A DNA stretch of 64,000 nt from Botryllus schlosseri (Eukaryota): the NCBI GenBank assembly GCA_051294905.1, contig CM119378.1, positions 3,474,001 to 3,538,000 on the forward strand, in the 5' to 3' direction. The position numbers and the translations under genes are program-made. This document shows positions 50,601 to 64,000 of the stretch, in pieces. How positions within the stretch are numbered: the first letter of the stretch is position 1; each line of letters starts with the position of its first letter. Under the pieces are notes generated by a model. It made no database searches, had not been told where the DNA came from, and was given only the letters and a program-made list of their open reading frames with translations.

Positions 50601-53600
50601 TGATTTTCATTTTCAGATTTTAATGTCCATATCACGGCTCGGAATAGTCACCACGTACCTGTCGACTCATCTTATATCTGGGTTTACGTGCGGTGCCGCG
50701 TTTCACGTCCTGACCTCGCAAATTTCGAAACTTTTGGGACTCGACGTGGGCCGTAAATCCGGCGCGTTTTCGGTAATTTATGTAAGTCAATACGGTTGTC
50801 CTGAACTTGGTCGTCCTACTACGCAATAAACTCTTTTGGCAGACCTACATAGAAATTTTCCAAGAGATTACCCAGACGAATTGGGCCACTGTGATCGTGT
50901 CGATTTGCTGTATCATATTCTTAGTCATCGGCAAGGTTTGTATATGAAAGCTTAGTGCAGAATGTGTCTAGACGGCGTGCACTTGGTGCAGCGATTAGCA
51001 ACCAGTTATCTAAATCTTCTCGATGGGATTACGGGGGGAAAATAAACAATAAAAGTTGACTCCGCGGTCACAGCCCATCAGGGACTCGGATGAGCGTATT
51101 TCTAGTCTTGTATCTCAGTGATAGATCGATCTGCACCCGATTACTCGAGAAAAGTGTGTGTATATGCCCCTTTTCACACTCTGATTCATGATAGATTTGA
51201 AGTTGTCCTTGAAAAGCTTCTTGGAGATACAGAACTTCAATATACATTTGAATAGCGTATTCATATTGAAACAAACCCGAATATTTTCGGCTGACCCTGG
51301 TCAAGGGTAAGGGTACCAGTACTAGTTACTGACGATTACCCTTAACAAGTGTCATCCCAGAATATTCGGGTTTATTTCAACATGAATATACTATTCAATT
51401 GTATATTGAAGTTTTCTTCACAATATGTTATTTCAAAATTTTAAAATACAATTATTGTCTGTGGTAGGAAATTAATCGAAGATACCACGATAAATTACCC
51501 GTCGCGATACCCTGGGAATTGGGGGTCGTTATTTTTGCCACGATTGGTTCTTACTTTGGGGATTTGAATGGAAACTACGGTGTCGCTATCGTCGGGGATA
51601 TTCCTACTGGGTGAGTACACGAAAATCGATAACATACAATGCAGAATCGCTTATTTTGTAGCTTTCATTATTGAAACACCGATATCTTAAAATTACAATA
51701 ATCCAATCATAATGTATTCAGCTCTCTGCTATCCTACGAAATTGTAGAATGTTACAGGTAGTACTGGTCTATACTGTTCGTTAAAGTGTCGATCAAGAAT
51801 TGAAAGCCCGTTTTAATGTTCAATATAATCTGACTTCGTACTCAGGCGCGTCTGATCATAAGAACGCAGCTGTGACTTTCACACATGGTGATGCCACCAA
51901 CATGGTGTTGTGGTCTGCAAGATCGATCCGTCTAAACATAAATTTATGGTCGTATGGTTACAAATGAAAAGGACATTCTTACCAGTTGATGCTATCACAC
52001 AATCCATATTTCGCTCACGATTCCACGGCAAACGAGAACCGCCATGATACTACATTGCGCGATTAGCGAATTTCGAACTTCAGATTACAAGCATATGATC
52101 GAAATATGATACTGATCACAAGTTATTTTGTAATATGCGTAAATCATTTCGAATCCCTTTTATATGCATACCCCAGTAATAGATTCGGATTGCGACATTG
52201 CAGTGTTGCGATAAGATAATTATATCAACCACAAATCTATATATTAGTGGCATAAAATATTGTGACATGCAATCAGGGTACCTATTCTGACATACTAAAT
52301 AGACCCCAAGTTACAATAGCCCTGCGTATTGGGTCGAAAACGTCCAGCCTCACCGGAACATATATTATGAACTGTTGCTAAGCCAAACCCGCGAAATCAC
52401 GAATGTTTCCGCGGTATACATGACGTAATAATCATCAACATTGGCGCCATCGCCCGGACATCATGTTTTCCGAAACCAAGCCACGAACATATTGGATCTT
52501 AAATATGTGTCGGTAACAATACTAAAAATGATGGGCCACTGAGTCGAGCGTGCGAAAAACATAGCATTCTTTGAAATGATTTGAAATTCCTACTGATATG
52601 TATGTTGTGAAACAGTCAATGCAAGAGGCCAGTAGCAGGCCGCAATCTATCGTCTGTCGGCCGAACTTTGAGCGTATCTGCCTCAATGTTGCTGTTTGTG
52701 GTGTTCATGGTGTTTTTCGAGTGTAGTGGTCATTCGCATCAGGCCGATATTCTTTATTATAACTTACTTGCTGCTGACTTGTAGCACGGCTCACTTCTAG
52801 GCCACTTCTATGCAAGTACCACTGAAGGCATAGCCAACGATATTAATTCCGAAACATAGTTAAGTATGCAAGGTCTGGACCCATGTTGTAATGACTCGAG
52901 ACTTGGCCCTTGAAATGGAAAATGACTCGACTCGATCTGAGTCAATTTCCGTATTGCCTTGACTTATACTCAATCATTGTACTCGATCAAGTTGTATGAT
53001 TCGAGACATTCTATATGACTTGATTCAATTCTCGTGTTGAGGAATAGGCGCATAAAACCTATTTTATCTGATCGAATAGACATGTTGATAGTAAGAAAAA
53101 TTAATATATTTGGAATGCGAGGCCTTCGATATCACCCAAGAGTTTCACAGTAGTAAGTTGAACCCGTCGTGATCCCAATAATGACCTGAACTTGACTCGG
53201 TGTTGAATTTAAAATGACTTGACTTGACTCGAGTCAAAGCTATAAAAGTAAGATTGAATTGTGACTCGGAACCTTGTGACTTGGTTATAACCCCGTTGAA
53301 GAGACCCTTTGCATAGGACCTGAAACACCGGCATCATGATAATGTGTAAGGTCTGTCATTTATCTATACTCAATAAAAAACGTTATATCGCTATGAAATA
53401 TATTGTGTTGGGTGTACTGCTAATGTGTGATATTCACCAATGTTCAAGACAGCCGTTGGAATTAACCGCATTTAGTTAATGACTAAGTTTTATGGCTGAT
53501 CCATTGCGATATTTCCGTTTAGAATACGCACGTCCGTGCCGAATTTCACCATAGTCGGACAGGTGATCGTCGACGCCATCGCCATCGCGATCGTGGCTTT

Positions 53601-56600
53601 CGCGACCGAGATATCCCTCGCGCAAATGTTCTCCGAGAAGCACTCGTACAAGATCGATGCGGATCAGGTATTCAGCGCGATTAGACTTAAATCCGTTGAC
53701 TCACCGGCTGAGTCACCGGCGTATGAACTATGTGCCGTTGATCGCAAGGGATCCGTGAAGCCTCGCATTATCACGTTTCCATAATTTGTCTTTTGTCGGG
53801 AATTTCAACTCGCACGACCCCCGCGAGATGAAAACGTGAGCGATTTCATGTCTGTATTTCTACTTCTGGCATGTGCAAATACACATAGACAGGATGAGAG
53901 GGATTAGCGAAATGGTTGGTATATTCCCGCAACCGCGCTAGTCAAAAAACTTGGGACAAAACTAGGAAAACGGTCGATACCATATTTGAACAACGAGAAT
54001 GTTTTCAGCCTTTTAAAAATTACATTAAAATAACAATTATTGTTACACATTTTTTCCACATTGAATTAGAATTGGAATTACTGAATTCGCGAAAACTTGG
54101 AAATTGAATTCATTACCGAATTACAAAGAAACGCAACACATATCAAGTACAGTTCATACCAAATAAGAGTCCATTCTCGTGAGCGCAAGAAGATTGACTC
54201 GTTTCGCACGATACAGTTCTCCTGTCGCATTTCCATGAAAGCAGAAATTAGATTAGAATTTGATCGTAGAAACACTTCTCAAATTAGATTATAATTACAT
54301 TACTGGAATTTCGCTCTAATTTGTCTACTTATAGAGAACTAGAACCACCTAGTTAACAAACTCTGGTTGATGCATAGATAACAATCGTGGATGGGAGATT
54401 CCCTTTCGATAATGGAGCTGTGGGTTCCTAGAATGTCACCAGCAACGTCGCGACCGAAAAAATCGACTCGTGGTTGGCTGGGCACACGTAGACAAAAGTT
54501 AAGGAGCGTGTAATTTAAAGCGTGCGTTGAGCGCGGCTCGATCAGCTGTGCTCCGAAAATCAGAGCTACTTGTCAGTATAAAAGTGCTAAAAACCGTGAT
54601 AACTACGTTAAAACCATCTGTTTGCCAGTACATTGCTTACGATCGCTCTACAAATAGTGACTGTTAGTTTTCGTGAACCATATTGCTTCGAAGGGTCAAA
54701 AGTTGTTTCAAATAGTATGCCTAATGTGTTCGATGATTTTTTATACCTGTTAAAGATGTTCAATTTGATAATACAATTCCTAGTCTAAGGGCTCTATATA
54801 CTTACCCCCGTCCAGATTAGTAGGTCTATTGACTATACACGTTGGACCTGTCATTCTAATACACTGCCGCAACATATTCGTGAATTGCCGTCGGATTCAA
54901 ACGAGACATACTCGATTAAGTGTAATCGGCCTGGTAACACTGATACCATACTTAACCCCGGTATCGCTTCCAATTTTATATGTTTGCTGCTCTAAGTAAA
55001 CTAGAATTTCTATTCATGTCGACACAGTGTACCGGTACTTGTTTGATGCGGGTGTGGTATCGATCATGCCTAAACGATACCGAATACCATGCTAGCGTTT
55101 TATCAGTATAGTTTTTGTTTCGGTTTGTTCATTATGTATTTTGGTTGGACGAAAAGTGAAAGTCTGTTTCTCTCGTCACAGTTGCACTGTTGGAGTTTAG
55201 CAATTATATTTTGGGTACCAATCAGAGTTTATCAACTATAAAATTTTCAGCTTTTTCAAATTAGATAAGAATTAGAATGACTGAATTCACGAAAACTTTA
55301 ACTTTGAACGGAGTTCAGCTCATATCAAATCAATATTTCATTTTCATAAGCACGCGAATGTCAACCGTCTGTACCGTATGCTGGACTCGTTTCGTACGTC
55401 GCAATTCTGTATAGCATTTTCAGTAAATCCAGAGATGAGATGAGTATTAATGTAATTATGCCACTAGAATTATCTGGTCAGATAATAATATATATTTTTC
55501 CATTAGACTTATAACCAGTGTACAGTGTACTGCCATTTCGTTACGTTATTACCATTACCACGTGAGCACGCGCGCACCAGTCGTGCTGTAACGTGATTGT
55601 GAACGTCAAGATATCACATGGCAAAATCAATCATGCTCATCCGATTATGCAACGCAATTCATCATGCTATCAGTTGCGATGAACTTTGGAATGAACGAAG
55701 GAATGTTGACTTCATTTGACTTTTCTTTATGTAGGAACTATTAGCTCTTGGAGCGGGTAACGTGGTCGGATCATTCTTTTGCTGTTTTCCGGCCGCCACG
55801 TCATTGTCAAGATCTGTGATATGGGAAGAAGCAGGCGCGAAGACGCAGGTTTGATACACGTCTGATTACCAGCGATGTATGTATGGTGACAAATCTATAT
55901 TTGTAGTTAACTGGAGCGTTTTCTTCCACGCTATTGCTGTTTGTGTTGTTCTGGATTGGACCCCTCTTCGAGACCGTGCCTTCGGCTGCTCTAGCATCCA
56001 TCATTGTGGTAAATCTCAAAGGCATGTTAAGACAATTTGAAAAGGTAATATATTCGTTTTACACATAGTCCGGCGCCCTGTGAACTAACCGACGGTTACA
56101 ATTGGTTTGTATTATAATAAATTTCATTAATATCTGAATCTGACAGTTCATTTCCAACGTGTATTGTGTAGTTAATGAGTTCCTTTGACCGCGCGCGTGA
56201 CTTCAAAATAGATTGCCTAACAAATAACATATCCTCCAGTTAAAATTACCATAGAAGCCAAACAAACAGGACATGTTAGCAAACATTCAGGTAAAGTGTA
56301 TTCAAGTTATGCATTATGCAAGTCACGATGCTCAAGGAAAATGCACTGCAACTTGTTCCGGTCACGAACGAGCAGTTACTAAAATCCATAGTCATTATCA
56401 CCATCTCTAAAAGTTCTCGTTTGTTTGTCAGCGTAACCCTAACAGATTGCACTATATTTGCCTGAAAACATAATAGTGACTTGCTGATTGCATACCATGA
56501 ATAAACCTGAATCGGACATTATGATGTACAAAGAGAGATCCACCAAGGGTAAATCAGCTGATGGTAACCTTTGCGCGTGTAAACACTGCATGTTACTCTT

Positions 56601-59600
56601 ATAAACCGTTCTCATCCACAGTGATGTGCAAACACCAGCTCATAATGCAATATAACAGATGATATATTTGCAATGCGAGGATGACTAGCTGTAGCCTTTA
56701 TTTGTTGTCCATATTGCTGGCGACTTACAAATTACGAGTGACAGCGTCAGACCGAAGTGCATACACCACATAAGCAATGATTTACACTTGATAGATTCAT
56801 TGTGGGGCTCTAAAGTCATGTCGGTCTTCATTGTACATCGTAATTCATAATACGAACCAGTGGCGGCTCGTGACAATATCGGGTGGTGGGGCAAGGGCTG
56901 CAAGCGACTTTTTATCAAGATGACGTCACAATCGCGTTTTCCAACGTAAACAAGTAACTTAATGATGGTACGGTAACATGAATTTCCCGGCAACAGTGAT
57001 TTTAACGTATGTGCCACGAGACTCGAGAGGTCCGCCGGTGAGCTGTGACTTGAAGTATGGGAACTGCGTAAACGGCGTACGGAAAAAAGATTCAACACGG
57101 TTCATGTTCGCACTAGGCCTGACTAATTATCTGCAGAAATGGAAATGACTATAACTCGAGAGATAGCGTAAGCCTAATTGGAAAGGTCAACGAGTTCGGA
57201 CAGATACGCAATTGTTATCTCATAGATTGGGCCTGTCATATTGAATCCAAAACATCATTCTGAAGAACTAAGAATAGCAGCCTCGGAAATTCGGTCTCGG
57301 TACAGCATAGAAGATTTTGGCCTTGAAACTGGAGACTGTAACACGACACATACGGCTTTATTACTGTCTATAGGTCTGCTGCGAAATCGCCTTTGGAATA
57401 TATATATTACCGAATAAATACGTGGATGAAAGCCTTAAACTTAGTACACTGTTACATGACATCATCGAGAAGTGTCCTCATGGCCCTTTTCGGTATGGCG
57501 CACTGTCAAAATTAATGCGAACAGACCAACACCGAATTTTGCGTAAAATTTACTGAGGAATAGGCTGATCAAGTGATCAGCTGTTAGCCGCCATCGAAAA
57601 CTAAATAGCTATCGCGCTTGAGGGGGTTGTAAGCAAATGGCTTGACGGCCACAATTTCACGGTGAAATTGACATTGGAGGATATAATATCAAAGTAAATA
57701 TTTGAATGGAATCTGAGAATGATATCATCATCTCAGTTAACGTTACCGCAGATACAACGGCTTTTGCGTGATATCCGCAATGCGTTGAAGGCTAAAGTGT
57801 CAGAGCGGAGCGCATCTCTACCATGCTCGACCTTGATAACGAAATTACTGCCCTAATCATTGAGTGTCAACCTTGAGACTTGGCATAGCGTTCGATATAA
57901 AAATCAAGACATACTGTTCAAAAGCTTATGACGGATCTAGGTAAGGAGCATCGTTAAAATCAATAGAGACCAATACCGGCTTTGCGTATAATCTGTTAGC
58001 GATAAATGAGAGTCAGCTCTCACTCGAATTAGGAAACGAAATTACCACTAACACAGTTCAGTGACAAACTTTACACTTGGTACAGCGTTCGATACTAACG
58101 TTAAGACTTACCGTGCCAAATGTCATAACCGATCTCAGTATTGAACATCGTCAAAATCAATGGATTGGATACCAATACCAGCTTTTGAGTAAAATCTGTT
58201 TGCGATACATGAAGGATCAGCACACACTCAACTTCGGAAACGGAATTACTACCCTAAACTTTAAGTAAAACCCCTGAAACTTGGGGCAGTGTTAAATACC
58301 ACCATCACGACATGACATACCAAGTTTCAAGAGTTTTCATGGTGTGAAACACCATCAAAATCGACCTATACCACCAAAGGTCGACTAAACGCATATGACG
58401 GTAACCGAGTTCAGCTATAGATACGATTGTTACATCACACCTTAAGGGCACAGAGCTAATTTGCCCCGGTTGCTCGGTCATTTTATGAATAGGAGAGAGT
58501 AAATTACCGTTTCTTTATTGTGCGCGGCTTTGAGAGAATAGACAGTGAAAGCTTGTTATGAGCGCTACCGGGGCATGCCCCGGCTAGGCATTCGCAAAGC
58601 AAAAACACAGAAGAGAATTCGATTTTCGTAGAGACTTCGCTATGTATGGGCATTTACAAGCGAAAGGACAAGAAGAATACGATTTTCGCTGTGGTTTCGG
58701 TATATATAGATTGGTGTGCGTCTATAAATGGTAAAGAATTGTTATTGAAGAGAATTTTAGGTGGGGCAATGCCCCAGTTGCCCTATAGGACGAGCCGCCA
58801 CTGATACGAACTAAATATGACATGGTTTTCGCCAACATAATCCGATGCTTCTGGGAAAATCAAGACTTATACCGGTGTGGTATCGAGTGTCAGTCTAGTT
58901 GTGGGTATTCTAGATAGATTTTAAACAGATCCAACAATATGAAGTCGTTTTGCTAACTTACTGCTAGTTCGCATCAAGCACTGTAGCATGACGGCACACT
59001 TCCATTTGTTATGTTACATAATACCGGTCAACATAGTATAACCAATTTGAAGTTGATGTCAAACCGGCGTACGATCGTAAAATAATTCCGTCAGCTCGTT
59101 AACAATATTAGTCGTAAATAGTTGTGGGCAAATTCCAAAAAAATACCTTATACAATAGTATGCACTTTTCAGCTTCCAGAAGTTCTTGAATACCAACGTG
59201 TTGGAGTTTCCGATGATATAATTATTACATTTGGAACACAGATACCTCTTTTATGGCGAGTTAGCAAGATTGATGCCATCATATGGCTCGTGACTTGGGC
59301 GATGGTGGTCTTAATCGGAGTGTCGGTGGGACTCGGAATCGCGGTCATTTTCGAAATCTTCACAGTCGTAGTAAGAGCACAGATGTGGGTTTGTCAATTG
59401 TTGAAAGATAAAAAATGTATGCGCCAATACATTTGACTGATATTTCAGAATGAATGGGGCGGTGATGGGAAAAGTGGGAGGTATTGGGGAGTATAGACCG
59501 AAGAAAGAATATCACACGGAAGAAGACGAAGACGGCATTGTTATCTTCCAATATCCTGGACCTTTGATTTTCGCCAATAAAGTTCGGTAAGACGAATACC

Positions 59601-61722
59601 GCACACGTCGAATGCCATAACGTGAGAATTCGCAGACAACATTTGTCAGTACGGTATTTATATTGGTATATCCTGATCTCTGACACCACCTAACGAGTAT
59701 AACTTTCCACATCAGTCATATATGTTTGACGTAGTGCCGTCATAATGTGCGGTACTGAACACGAATCATCAGGTACTCAATTTTGCACTGCTTCACGATT
59801 TTAAAGTTATAGAAGTTGGGAATTTCCTTGCTACCTTTGCCCTTGACACATTTATTACTACCGTAGGCTACATAGTTGCTCAGCTGCCCACGAGGTGATT
59901 ATTCATCCGACGGACGAAAATATACCAATCATCAGCAATGATTCTTTGCAGTTTTCAAAAGCAAATTAACCACGCGCTGGGTTTCGACCCCGCTCTGACT
60001 TCGAAGAAAAAGAAGAAGAAAGCCGGCGAGAAATCCGACAAAGCTTTGACGTTGCGGAACGACGCCTACAACGAAGACAAAGGCGAAGATGGTAGCGATG
60101 TTACTGAAGTAAAGATTGCAATTGATAAAGAACCCGAAAGTCATGCTACTGGCGACACGAAGGAAGACGAATTGTCGACGATATCTTATAAACCGAAGCG
60201 CGTTTCGCATTTGATATTGGACATGAGCTGCTGTCCGTATGTCGATAACGACGGCGCACAGATCATCAAGAAAGTGTGGGGGACACTCAAAAAAGTTGAC
60301 ATTCAAGTGTACGTTGCTTGTTGCTGTGGTAAGTTCATATTCCATGCAACTATTTGCGTTATACGTGTTCTTTTCGAAAAACTTTTTTTGCTTATTTTTC
60401 TCCGCTAATTAGTGGAGATATAACGGTACGATGAAACTTTTACGCAATCAAGAGTGTGAAACGTTTTCAATTTAACAGAATTGTTACTGTCGCGATGGTA
60501 ATACTAAAAATATCCGCAAATCAAGGGATTTACAACGTAATATTACTGGTAAATCCATCGATATCATCTTAATCCGCCTAGTAGGCCTATTATATACGCC
60601 AACATTCGACGACATTTTCCAATGTGTGAAATGAATAATCATAATCAGCTGTTCCATACTATCTTCATCCGTTCAACACACATAATGTAGCCGAATGTCG
60701 AAACGACCAAGTACACTGTCTCTCAATCTAACATCCACCTCGGCCTAACGCCTGTGTATCAGTATTCGATCTTCATCTTTCGGATGTCATGGTCCTCGCC
60801 CATTCCTGGTTCAGGTATGGGGCGAGAGATTGATTGTATTGCATGCTATTACAGCTACCGTCACTTACAGTTATACCATGCACGTACCACCGTATGTTTT
60901 GTTGTTGATGACAATACTGTCCGGAAGAGAGCGTCAGTAAATATTCATTGGCCTGCCGCAATCGCAAACACGAGAGGAAGAGTACTCATGAACACCTGTC
61001 AGAGAAATAATGTCGCTCTATCCATAATGAACCTTCTGACTGACGCGTTGATGTTTTCACGCATTGGGGAATTTTTTCTCACTATACGAAATCCAGGGAT
61101 ATATAGAATGAGTTATATATATCCCTGTACGAAACCGTACGTTTGAGTTTATAGATTTCTATTCTTGGCCCTCCCCCATAGATATGCAAAAGAATACTTG
61201 GATGTGCAGAACAGAACCACTTGCGTTGTATTCGTCAAACGAACATAATCCACAACAACTGCGACTGCCCAGTCACAGCATGACTGATAGTGGTTGAAGG
61301 AATCGGTAACACAGTGCCTGCGCATATTTTGTCACAATGCAGTGCGTAGCTGCACCTCCAGCATTTGAGCAGAGATCCTAAATTCGTTCAACGCATATGT
61401 AATCCACTCTCACACTCAATTCATAGACCTTCCATAGACCGCTCTAAACTTCACCTTGATGCAGTCGCACACACTGCGGCGCAGTGATTATGATCAGTAA
61501 ATGAAAAGTATAGTAAATATACCGGTGTCGATATTTTCAGGTGACATTCGACGTGCGCTGTCGCTGGTATGCGACGGAAAGCCACCTCCATTCTACGTTT
61601 CCATCGATTCCGCATTGGAAATTGCCAACTTAGAAAGATCCAATGCAGATTCGTCCAGTGCATACGAAGAGAATGAGAGAGAAAGAGAATCTAACCGTGG
61701 TAACGAAACGACAGCCCTCTAA
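44671..61722 (+). CDS. SLC26-family anion transporter (SLC26A5/A6-like; sulfate-transporter + STAS domains), 14 exons, ~762 aa
   Basis: GT-AG exons with consistent phases: 44671-44851, 45471-45602, 46592-46749, 47538-47717, 50617-50781, 50843-50935, 51468-51610, 53523-53667, 55735-55848, 55907-56044, 59242-59384, 59449-59586, 59952-60328, 61541-61722 (2289 nt). Motifs include PILDWLPKY, GDIVAGLTVGIVHLPQGMAYA, YGLYVSFFP, GTSRHVSMG, SGFTCGAAFHV, DADQELLALG, SLSRS, and STAS LILDMSCCPYVD. Confidence 0.95.
48768..49757. mobile_element. hAT-type MITE (TIR TAGGGATGGTGTGAAC)
   Basis: 16-bp TIRs beginning TAGGGATG (Ac/Ds-like) and a perfect 8-bp TSD ATCTTAAC (48760-48767, 49758-49765). Confidence 0.93.
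50023..50298 (+). mobile_element. tRNA-derived SINE
   Basis: Pol III A box TAGCGTAGTGG (~50035), B box GGTTCGAGTCC (50079-50089), (AAAC)n tail, and similar flanks aagctcattttt / aagcttatttgt as a degenerate TSD. Confidence 0.75.
51233..51413. mobile_element. Small palindromic (hairpin) MITE-like element
   Basis: aacttcaatatacatttgaatag...cccgaatatt is inverted with aatattcggg...ctattcaattgtatattgaagtt. Confidence 0.7.
52882..53294. mobile_element. Degenerate MITE with GACTTGACTCG repeats
   Basis: Ends gttgtaatgactcgag / gacttggttataac with multiple gactcga/gacttga subterminal motifs. Confidence 0.5.
56858..58803. mobile_element. hAT-type non-autonomous element (1946 bp; TIR CAGTGGCGGCTCGT)
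   Basis: 14-bp perfect TIRs, a perfect 8-bp TSD ATACGAAC (56850-56857, 58804-58811), and an internal degenerate ~200-bp tandem triplication (~57700-58320). Confidence 0.92.
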
Positions 61723-62378
61723 GTCACCCTATCTTGGGTACGCTTTCCCACCGATCTCGCTGCCGGTCAGCGTAAACGTGTGGGTCGATATCAAGTTGTG
61801 ATAACCAACGTTTTAAAGTTTGGTAAAATAAATAACAAGACATCAAGGAGGCTGAAATAGCGGGATGATACGCAAAAAATCAATCTCGAAGAGACATTAT
61901 AGCAACCTTTGCATTTGTACGCGAGTTTCATCTCTGGAACACGAAACGAACCTGAATTTTCTCCAGGAAGTGGTATGATGAAAGCTCCACCTTTCTGACA
62001 CAGTGACCGTTACTAGGCTACAAAATGAACCAGTGTTGCAAACGCAATAAGTCGCAACATATTCTGTGTAACTATAGTTTGAGGCCTGGGATGACACACT
62101 TTCTCGTCACCACGACGCTATTGAGTGTTGACCCATCGGTTGATTCAGGCGCGCAGTGGCAATTTTGTAGCCGGAGTTGTGCTGGTCATGAAAACCACGG
62201 TTCCTTGTCCGAAATGTACGCATTTGAAAATATCATGTCAACTATTTCCTGTTTAAACCACGATATATCTACATCATTATTTAAAGTAGGCCTATATAGC
62301 AGTAAACACCAACCACGATAACCTATCCTTTTCCTCTCAATTATTCCTTGTAAAAGCGCCTCTTTTACTGGCAGCTAT

Positions 62379-62866
62379 TAGGGCTGGGCACAATGATTTG
62401 AGTACTCGAATCTGAATCGAGCATCAATTTCAATGATTCGAGTCGAGTAGTAAAAGACCTTTTTTCGAGTACTGAAATTATACGCTCGTCGCCACTGAAA
62501 TTTAATTTATCAATAAAAATTATAGCTTCGATACTATTTTCCACTGTGGAAGCCGTGAAACCTTGATAGGCCGTACCGCAGCATACAAAACAGGGTATAA
62601 AGTACTAGTACAAAGCTACGAACGTTACTGGAAACAGCATATTTCCGGAGTCGCGGGCATCCCACAACATTGTCACAAAGCGCAATGAAATCGGTATGGT
62701 CGAAAAAATACTAAGTATGGTTAATGTGATGGATAACATGTATTAAATTCTTTGTGGTGGCATAAGAGGTACATATTTGAACTTTGACATATTACATTAT
62801 GCTCTGACGTCATAATGAGTGATACTAGAATCGAATCACTCAGGTACTCGAATTTGTCCAGCCCTA
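62379..62866. mobile_element. hAT-type MITE, TAGGGCTGGGCA family
   Basis: Collinear with 6576-7082. TIRs tagggctgggca / tgtccagcccta, with CTGGCAGC on both flanks (left copy offset by TAT). Confidence 0.9.
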
Positions 62867-63514
62867 CTGGCAGCATATATTGATTTTGAGATCCCAACCC
62901 AGGACCATATTGTATAGCTGTAACTTTCGACCTCTATTTCGCAAATTCCCATCTCACATACCGTGACATCAACCTGGCTGATGTGAGGACTGGTTCCGTT
63001 GCATAGCTGGATACTGCAATTGCACACCGTCTTGTCCCTGAACGTTAACATCATCTATTGATGGTATGGTTAACCAGAATTGTAGCAATTGCATCGCAAC
63101 TTTCGTGTGATCCCTCTGTCGAATAGTGCCAAATAATTTATTTGTACAAGTGGGTGCTATTCAGTGTATCGGTATAGTCTTTAATGCTGCATAATTATTC
63201 GCCAAGTTTTATTGGCCTCGATTATCGACTAATCATTACCAGCGTTACCTGCTTCTTGATAACAATTGTCAAACAATAAGTCTTCGGAATGCAAGTTGCC
63301 TGGGTGTGGCGTTACGGATGCAGACTTAATAGAAGATTCTTATTACCTGTCATGAGATCATACAGTATGGTAAAAAAAACTGCGCATATCGATAAAGAAA
63401 GCGATTCACAAGCACAAAACGAATCAAGAAAGCGATAGGCAGTGCTTCCAGTTGAACGCGTTGAATAGTGAGCCTTAAATCGCAGTCCAGTGCGTGTTCA
63501 ACGCTTGCTCGTGG

Positions 63515-63648
63515 TCATACTGCGTCCTCCGCGTTCCCAGCACTACTAAAGTCGTAACGACGAGCCATTTCGACCGCTTTAGAAAGGTCCACATAAACGG
63601 GAGGTATGTCCGCATCGGGAGAAGACTTCATAGCACCGTATACTTTTG
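63515..63648 (-). CDS. Probable terminal exon of a convergent SLC26 paralog (gene extends beyond the window)
   Basis: Acceptor atattttacag, phase 1, encodes xKVYGAMKSSPDADIPPVYVDLSKAVEMARRYDFSSAGNAEDAV*. PPVYVDLSKAVEMA parallels PPFYVSIDSALEIA in the phase-1 last exon of the neighbouring SLC26. Confidence 0.6.
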
Positions 63649-64000
63649 CTGTAAAATATAAACGAAACGGCTACATTGGTTAGGTCAAGTGCCAGACTTA
63701 GCTGACAGAGGTTGAAGAGGCACCGCGCTCATCCTGATAAGCACGATGACGGCAGATGTCTGTACGGACAGCGAGCTTGGCTCGTTTCGCACTATACATT
63801 TCTGCTGTAGCATTTCCAGGAAAACCAGATAATACATTAGAATTAGAACACCGAAATATTTCACAATTTAGATAGGAATTGAATTACCGGAATTTCGCTC
63901 CAATTAGTCTAATTATACAACTAGAATTATCTATTAATCCAAGTCCAGCTCACCGTTGCAACTCGACAAGATCAGCCGCACGTCGATTTGCTTTAGCGCC

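Overview
Eukaryotic (metazoan) genomic DNA. Many introns are only about 55-70 bp and the sequence is AT-rich, which suggests a tunicate-like invertebrate (inference only). Host genes: a complete 15-exon SNX17 (- strand, 169-9362); a partial SLC22-type organic ion transporter (- strand, 13774-21460, middle exons missing across a 100-N gap); a complete 14-exon SLC26 anion transporter (+ strand, 44671-61722); and the probable last exon of a convergent SLC26 paralog (63515-63648). Introns and intergenic DNA hold many hAT-type MITEs with 8-bp TSDs, LINE 3' fragments and a tRNA-derived SINE. The standout is a 14,172-bp element (23783-37954) that is almost entirely a palindrome: two near-identical ~6.6-kb arms around a 936-bp spacer. 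It has AGTAGT...ACTACT termini and a 6-bp TSD (TGCCTA), which are Polinton/Maverick hallmarks, yet it shows no recognisable pPolB, integrase or capsid gene, and it is nested inside a hAT MITE. A sister element (14175 to the gap) shares the terminus and internal blocks and carries an intact intronless gene for a two-OB-fold RPA70-like ssDNA-binding protein.
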